DNA from: Bacteroidota bacterium | GTDB lineage: Bacteria; Bacteroidota; Bacteroidia; NS11-12g; UBA955 | Direction of reading: 5' to 3' | Assembly (NCBI GenBank): GCA_027488835.1 | Contig: JAIYAW010000004.1 | Location: 71,271-135,270 of the forward strand | Length of the DNA: 64,000 nucleotides | Shown: piece by piece, positions 56,594 through 64,000 of the stretch | Layout of the letters: each line of letters opens with the position of its first letter | Numbering within the stretch: position 1 is the first letter of the stretch | Made by a program: the position numbers and the translations under genes | Notes under the pieces: model-generated | What the model saw: only the letters and a program-made list of their open reading frames with translations | What the model was told of the DNA's origin: nothing | The model's database searches: none

Positions 56594-59500
56594 ATGAATT
56601 GGTTGAGAATCCTTATTCTTATTACTTTAAATTTCATATTTAACAGCAGTCATGCTCAAAACTACTCAGTAAGTTTTGATGGGGTAAACGATTATGTTCA
56701 AATTCCTTCCAATATTTATGCTTCGTCAGTTTCTAATTTTACAATTGAATGTTGGGTAAAACCGAATTCTGGATCATTCAATAATAATTATCACGCGATT
56801 TTTGGTTGTCAAAATATAGCTACTGGCCTTACCTATGACCGAAATCCTGGATTATGGGTAATTAATGGAACCATACATTACGATATGTATGAACCAACTA
56901 CAATGACCCGATATACGGGAAACTCAGCAACAACCATTGCCCAAGACAAATGGTGTCACTTGGCACTTGTGAAATCAGGAACATCCCTCAAATTATACAT
57001 AAATGGCAAGGTCGATATTTCTGCTACGGTTTCAACAAACGTGCGTGTTGTAGGCAACTACAGAATTGGATACACTGATAATTATTTCTCCGGCTTGATT
57101 GATGAAGTCCGTTTTTGGAGCACTGCGAGAACACAGCAAGAATTGTTGAATTTTTTGTATAAATCACCTGCATACAATTCCACTGGGTTAATAGCCATGT
57201 ATAAAATGAATTCCAGCAGTGGTACCACCGCCGTTAACACCTGCACCAATACCGCGAGTATCAATGCAACCCTGACCAATGGACCTACTTGGGCAAGTAG
57301 TGCGTCTGTTGCTTTTAGTGCAAACGCAATAAATTTATCTGGCACTTCCGATTATCTGCAAGGAGATTTAACCGGTTCCGCTAGCTCTACTGTAACCATG
57401 GAATGCTGGATAAAGTTTAATAGTTTGACAGGACAACAGAATTTTCTAGGTCTATATCAAAGTTTGGTGCCCGGTACAAGTTGCCGCATGATTCCATACA
57501 AAACTGCAAGCAACACTATAGATTGTTATTTTTGTAATGCTGCGGGAACTGCATCAAATACAACTTCAAGTTTCACTGTTGCCGCAAATACCTGGTACCA
57601 TATGGCCTTTGTTTATGATAACAACAAGTCTTATGTATACATCAATGGCACCTTAAGGGCATCAAATACATCTGCCGTTACATATTCTTTAGACGGAGCC
57701 GATGTTTTGGCTGTAGGTGCTGATAGAACCAGTGGTCAATCGGCAATTAATGCGGATGTAACGATTGATGAATTGCGCATTTGGACAACCGCCCGATCCG
57801 CTGCCCAAATTGGAGAAAATTACGATAAGTATATACCAGTTACAACCACGGGTATGTTGGCGTATTATCCTTTTGATCAAGGAAATCCGAGTAATACCAA
57901 TACCGATTTGACGCAATTTTACAACGCAAGGGCGAATGGAGATTTGTTTCCCGGCAGCTTAACGATGTCTGGAAGTTCGTCTAATTTAGTTGCTCAAGGA
58001 TCTGCACTCAGTTCTAATTATACTTGGATGGGAAACACCAATACTTCGTTTGCCACTGCTACAAATTGGTCTGAGGAAGTTGTACCACCAACTTCTGCAA
58101 ATATTGAAGTAATTTCTAATGCTACTTATTTACCTGTATTAGACCAATCAAGGGTAATTGGTGATTTGATTCTCCCTTCTTCTAGTACTTTTTCCTTAAA
58201 TGGGTATACGCTTACCGTTGATGGGAAATTGTCGGGAACAGGAACTTTTATTGCCGGAGGTACATCGGCACTTAATTTTTTAACGAGTTATTCAGCATCA
58301 ACCCTATATTTAAGTCAAACTACCAACAGAACTACCAATTCATTAACAAGTTTATCGTTTTCTATGTCCTATGGAGCCTCTATTACTTTGGGGAATACCA
58401 CTTTTGTTACAGGATTATTTGGCTTGACATCAGGAACTGTAAATACGGGTGGAAATTTAACCCTGAGAAGTACTTCTTCAGGTACATGTATGACCACCGA
58501 TATGTCGGATGGCACATTGTCTGGGAATGTAACCGTAGAGCGTTATATTCCGGGTAGAAGAGCCTTTAGACTATTGAGTTCTCCAGTTTCGACAACGAAT
58601 ACCATTTACAACAATTGGCAAGAAGGTGGTAGCGCGGTGGCTGGATTTGGAACCCACATCACGGGTTCGTCAACGGGTAGCAACGGGTTTGATGCCACGG
58701 CTTCTGGAAATCCCTCATTGTTTACGCTCAACAATTTAAATTCAACATGGAGTGCAATTAACAGCACAAACAATGCTACCAATGACAAACTTGTAGCGGG
58801 TGTTCCATATCGATTACTCATTCGTGGAGATAGAACAATTTCTCTAACATCTGCCAATCCAACAGCAACAAATACAACATTAAGGGCAACTGGAACATTA
58901 TATTCAGGCAACAAGACATTTAGTGGTTTAAATACAGAAGCCAGCGCATTTAGTTTGATTGGAAATCCTTATCAAGCTGCAGTTGATATGAATACTTTAT
59001 TGTCTTCTGCATCGTATAACACAAACTTAAATGCGGTTTACTATTATGTTTGGGATCCAACGGTAGGCAATAGAGGTGCTTATGTGACGATAGACTTAAG
59101 TACAAACACAAATAACGTTTCTGGCTCAAAGGCAAATAAATACTTGCAACCATGGCAGGGTTGTTTTGTGAAAACAAAAAATACTGGTACTGCAAGTTTT
59201 ACTTTTTCAGAAATGGCGAAGAATACTACTTCAACAGCTACTTGGCGCACCAGTTTTGACATCCCTAGAATGTCTGTGAATATCTATCAAACCGATTCTC
59301 TGAAAAATGATCAATTGCCGCTCGATGGTTTGCAAGTTAGATTTAAAGATACATATTCACCATTGATAGATGATTACGACGCTTTAAAGCCCCAAAATCA
59401 AGATGAAAACTTTTCAATCTTGCTACTGGGTAATAAATTAAGCATCGAATGTAGAAATAATCCAGAATCAACCGATACCATTCAGTTTTTGTTGGAACAA

Positions 59501-59956
59501 ACCCGTCACACTGATTATACACTTAAATTTGAACCGATGAACATCAATGGAATCGATTTTGTGTTATGGGATAATTATTTAAAACAATCTACTCAATTGT
59601 CTCGTTCTGAAACCAGTTACTATAGATTTCAGTTAGATCCTCAAGTTTTGGAAAGTAAAGCAAGTGACCGTTTTAGTTTGTTGAGTTCATCAGGCATGAT
59701 GTCAACTAAAGACGAGAGTAAAATGAATGTTTCATTGGTTCCAAATCCAAGCTCAGGCATTGTTCGTTTGGTGGCACCAACGTCAACTTTTGTGCATCAC
59801 ATCAATATTCTCAATATTGAGGGACAATTCATAAAGGAAATACCGAAGAGTCAGCTAACTTCAATAAACATGGAAGGATTTCCAACTGGCATTTACATTT
59901 TTGAAATTTGGGACAATCAATCGAATAGGTCGATGATCAAGTTTTGTAAAGAGTAA
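56594..59956 (+). CDS. T9SS cargo protein: two N-terminal LamG/concanavalin-A-like lectin domains, a central module shared with the 1301-aa protein, and a C-terminal Por sorting domain
   Basis: 1120 aa. Signal peptide. Two LamG-type jelly-roll units (...LIDEVRFWSTARTQQEL..., ...TIDELRIWTTARSAAQI...). ERYIPGRRAFRLLSSP...GFGTHITGSSTGSNGFDATASGNPSLFT is homologous to EKYFPSKRAFRLICPS...GFGTHITGSTTGANGFDATPTGNPSLYT in the 1301-aa protein. C-terminal ...VSLVPNPSSGIVRL...GIYIFEIWD... matches the T9SS CTD. Confidence 0.85.
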   Translation: MNWLRILILITLNFIFNSSHAQNYSVSFDGVNDYVQIPSNIYASSVSNFTIECWVKPNSGSFNNNYHAIFGCQNIATGLTYDRNPGLWVINGTIHYDMYEPTTMTRYTGNSATTIAQDKWCHLALVKSGTSLKLYINGKVDISATVSTNVRVVGNYRIGYTDNYFSGLIDEVRFWSTARTQQELLNFLYKSPAYNSTGLIAMYKMNSSSGTTAVNTCTNTASINATLTNGPTWASSASVAFSANAINLSGTSDYLQGDLTGSASSTVTMECWIKFNSLTGQQNFLGLYQSLVPGTSCRMIPYKTASNTIDCYFCNAAGTASNTTSSFTVAANTWYHMAFVYDNNKSYVYINGTLRASNTSAVTYSLDGADVLAVGADRTSGQSAINADVTIDELRIWTTARSAAQIGENYDKYIPVTTTGMLAYYPFDQGNPSNTNTDLTQFYNARANGDLFPGSLTMSGSSSNLVAQGSALSSNYTWMGNTNTSFATATNWSEEVVPPTSANIEVISNATYLPVLDQSRVIGDLILPSSSTFSLNGYTLTVDGKLSGTGTFIAGGTSALNFLTSYSASTLYLSQTTNRTTNSLTSLSFSMSYGASITLGNTTFVTGLFGLTSGTVNTGGNLTLRSTSSGTCMTTDMSDGTLSGNVTVERYIPGRRAFRLLSSPVSTTNTIYNNWQEGGSAVAGFGTHITGSSTGSNGFDATASGNPSLFTLNNLNSTWSAINSTNNATNDKLVAGVPYRLLIRGDRTISLTSANPTATNTTLRATGTLYSGNKTFSGLNTEASAFSLIGNPYQAAVDMNTLLSSASYNTNLNAVYYYVWDPTVGNRGAYVTIDLSTNTNNVSGSKANKYLQPWQGCFVKTKNTGTASFTFSEMAKNTTSTATWRTSFDIPRMSVNIYQTDSLKNDQLPLDGLQVRFKDTYSPLIDDYDALKPQNQDENFSILLLGNKLSIECRNNPESTDTIQFLLEQTRHTDYTLKFEPMNINGIDFVLWDNYLKQSTQLSRSETSYYRFQLDPQVLESKASDRFSLLSSSGMMSTKDESKMNVSLVPNPSSGIVRLVAPTSTFVHHINILNIEGQFIKEIPKSQLTSINMEGFPTGIYIFEIWDNQSNRSMIKFCKE

Positions 59957-59957
59957 A

Positions 59958-60210
59958 TAAGGGAATAGAGGGTTTATAGGCATTTATGTAAGTTTATAAA
60001 GGTTTAGTTTTGATAATTACCTAAAATAAACGGCGAAACGTCAACAGCTCAGCGTCAACAGGCGATAGTCGTCAACTACCGCAGGTGTAAACAGGCGAAG
60101 CCGCCAACAGCGCAGCGTTAACTTAAACTAAACGAGCTGCGCTCATCTAAACGCACATAGTGCATCTAAACGAGCGCAGCTCATCTAAACTATAAAAGCA
60201 CGTTGTGCTT

Positions 60211-60213
<3 letters not shown>
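59958..60213 (+). repeat. intergenic modular repeat element, copy 4 (between convergent 1120-aa gene and katG)
   Basis: AAGGGAATAGAGGGTTTATAGG...GTTTATAAAGGTTTAGTTTTGATAATTACCTAAAATAAACGGCG... is followed by an array of GTCAAC/GTAAAC/GCCAAC/GTTAAC hexamers, then ...CTAAACGAGCGCAGCTCATCTAAACTATAAAAGCACGTTGTGCTTTTAT. The terminal hairpin contains the katG stop codon. Confidence 0.75.
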
Positions 60214-62517
<2,304 letters not shown>

Positions 62518-62595
62518 TTAGTTTGTTTTTTCAAAATTACCCCGTTACTTTGTTTTATAAAAACTATATTGTCAATAGCAATATTGATAAAATCG

Positions 62596-63531
62596 ATGAA
62601 TATACATCAATTCAAATACATACTGGCATTGGCGGAGAGCCGTCATTTTGAAAATGCAGCCGACAAATGTTGTATCACACAATCAACACTAAGCACCATG
62701 ATTTCTAAGTTTGAGGATGAGGTAGGAATTATGTTGTTTGACAGAAAGAAAAAACCTGTTGAAATTACTACCGAAGGGGTGATTATTATAGAGCAGTTAA
62801 AAAAGATAACCAAAGAAATTGAGCAATTGTCTGAAATTACCAAGGAAATAAAGGGTGAAGTTTCAGGGAATTTAACCTTGTCGGTTATTCCTACCGTTGC
62901 CCCTGGTTTATTGCCTTTGTTTTTAACAGATTTTGCGATGAAGTTTCCCAATTTGAATATCGACATTCAAGAGCAAACCACAGAAGAAATTATGCGTCAA
63001 ATCAAATCGCGCGATTTGGATATTGGCATTGTGTCAATTCCATTAAACGACAAAGATTTGCGTGAAATTCATTTGTATGATGAACCTTTTGTTTTTTACG
63101 ACACAACATCCCTCAATAATAATAAAGTGAATGCCAACGAATTGGATGTGAGTAATATCTGTTTGTTAGATGAGGGACATTGTATGCGCGCACAAATTTT
63201 GGAACTTTGCAATTTGCACAAAAAACGTTTGAATTACGGTGCAAATTTTAAGTATAATGCGGGATCGATTGACAGTTTGATGCGTTTTGTAAAGGCAAAT
63301 AAAGCATCCACGTTGTTGCCGTATTTATCAGTCACTGATTTTTCTGAAAACGAAATTCAGCACATTCACGAGTTTGAAAGTCCGATGCCATTTCGATCAA
63401 TTGGCATTGTGGTACACCGGCATTTCGTAAAGCAGCAGGTGTTGGAGGCCTTGAAAACGGAGATTTTGAATAAAGTGTCGCCTTTGTTGCTGCAAACGGA
63501 GTTGGAGGGGCAGAAGTTGAATCCAATATAG
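62596..63531 (+). CDS. oxyR: LysR family peroxide-sensing regulator OxyR
   Basis: The ATG at 62596 gives MNIHQFKYILALAESRHFENAADKCCITQSTLS... (the ORF track has TTG 62512). The redox Cys pair lies in LDEGHCMRAQILELC, which aligns with E. coli OxyR LEDGHCLRDQAMGFC (C199/C208). The gene is divergent from katG. Confidence 0.8.
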   Translation: MNIHQFKYILALAESRHFENAADKCCITQSTLSTMISKFEDEVGIMLFDRKKKPVEITTEGVIIIEQLKKITKEIEQLSEITKEIKGEVSGNLTLSVIPTVAPGLLPLFLTDFAMKFPNLNIDIQEQTTEEIMRQIKSRDLDIGIVSIPLNDKDLREIHLYDEPFVFYDTTSLNNNKVNANELDVSNICLLDEGHCMRAQILELCNLHKKRLNYGANFKYNAGSIDSLMRFVKANKASTLLPYLSVTDFSENEIQHIHEFESPMPFRSIGIVVHRHFVKQQVLEALKTEILNKVSPLLLQTELEGQKLNPI

Positions 63532-63716
63532 GGGAATTCTAAGGTTTATAACGGTTGGGAATTCTAAGGTTTAGAAAGGTTTATAAGAGTTTATAAAGGT
63601 TTATAAGTGTTTAGTTTTGGAATTTTAATTAAACAGCGAAGCGTAAACAGGCGAAGCCGTAAACGCGCGAAGTGCTGTCAACAGGCGAAGCCGTCAACGC
63701 ACGAAGTGCTGTAAAC
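63529..63716 (+). repeat. intergenic modular repeat element, copy 5
   Basis: TAGGGGAATTCTAAGGTTTATAACGG...GGAATTCTAAGGTTTAGAAAGGTTTATAAGAGTTTATAAAGGTTTATAAGTGTTTAGTTTTGGAATTTTAATTAAACAGCGAAGCGTAAACAGGCGAAGCCGTAAACGCGCGAAGTGCTGTCAACAGGCGAAGCCGTCAACGCACGAAGTGCTGTAAAC. The oxyR TAG stop lies at its first three bases. It is followed by an A11 run. Confidence 0.75.
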
Positions 63717-63788
63717 AAAAAAAAAAATCCCACATGCAACAATTTAATCACTATTATTGTCAATAACTTAACAACCAATTTTTTGCGT

Positions 63789-64000
63789 ATGAAATTAAAA
63801 TTACAAACCGCTATTTTAATCCTTTTAGGATTGTTTTATTTGAATGCAGCAAACGCCCAATTAGGCGGACAAATTACTGCATCCTTAATTTCTAGTACCA
63901 AAGTGGTGGTGAAAGTTGAAATTTACCGCGATTGTAAAGGTTTAGCATACAATAAAAATAGTTTTAGCTATGGTTGTTTCCTTTGGAAATCATCTACAAA
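63789..64000 (+). CDS. hypothetical secreted protein, partial (continues beyond window)
   Basis: ATG at 63789. Signal peptide MKLKLQTAILILLGLFYLNAANAQ. The ORF is open to the window end. Confidence 0.45.
   Translation, partial: MKLKLQTAILILLGLFYLNAANAQLGGQITASLISSTKVVVKVEIYRDCKGLAYNKNSFSYGCFLWKSST

Noticed and set aside
63600-63716. Possible CRISPR array (GC-rich direct repeats GCGAAGCCGTMAACGCRCGAAGTGCTGT)
   Set aside because: There are only two adjacent units with no spacers, no cas genes nearby, and the units belong to the larger multi-copy repeat family. This is a tandem sub-repeat, not CRISPR.

Overview
This 64-kb window is an AT-rich chromosomal segment of a Bacteroidota (Flavobacteriia/Cytophagia-like) genome. 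All functional calls were made by reading the translations and motifs by eye. No database search was run.

Phylum-level hallmarks are three large secreted proteins ending in T9SS (Por) C-terminal sorting domains, a DUF4199 protein, a BatA/vWA protein, and a chromosomal tyrosine recombinase next to rpsU.

Coding content:
- Most of the window is housekeeping: a truncated MsbA-like ABC exporter, deoxynucleoside kinase, TrmH, saccharopine dehydrogenase, RidA, acyl-CoA dehydrogenase, Mrp/ApbC, NifU, tdk, ComEC, ComEA-like, TatD and CutC.
- There is one tRNA-Ser(GGA).
- An oxidative-stress region carries a LysR regulator, a 2-Cys peroxiredoxin, DUF2200, and divergent katG and oxyR.
- A sulfur-handling cluster encodes a TauE/SafE exporter, a membrane-anchored diheme cytochrome c, a persulfide dioxygenase-rhodanese fusion and a split YeeE/YedE pair.
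- An envelope/glycolipid block comprises a GT2 plus GT-C (ArnT/PMT-like) pair, an OlsF-like bifunctional acyltransferase, and two paralogous giant T9SS cargo proteins (1301 and 1120 aa).

Leads not explained by the gene list:
1. A modular 150-260 bp intergenic repeat family that I could not assign to a known class. It has five copies here, several absorbing the stop codon of the upstream gene. Three same-orientation copies bracket the 1120-aa gene and the katG-oxyR cassette.
2. Two near-identical CRP-type palindromes (TGTGA-N6-TCACW) upstream of an outer-membrane protein gene and of the sulfur cluster.
3. A small secreted protein built from five 60-bp (20-aa) tandem repeats, overlapping the 3' end of the upstream gene.
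4. A dihydroorotase-like protein that has lost its metal-binding HxH motif.
5. A GC-rich, palindrome-dense segment just downstream of tRNA-Ser.

I found no CRISPR array, transposase, prophage or recognisable defence system.
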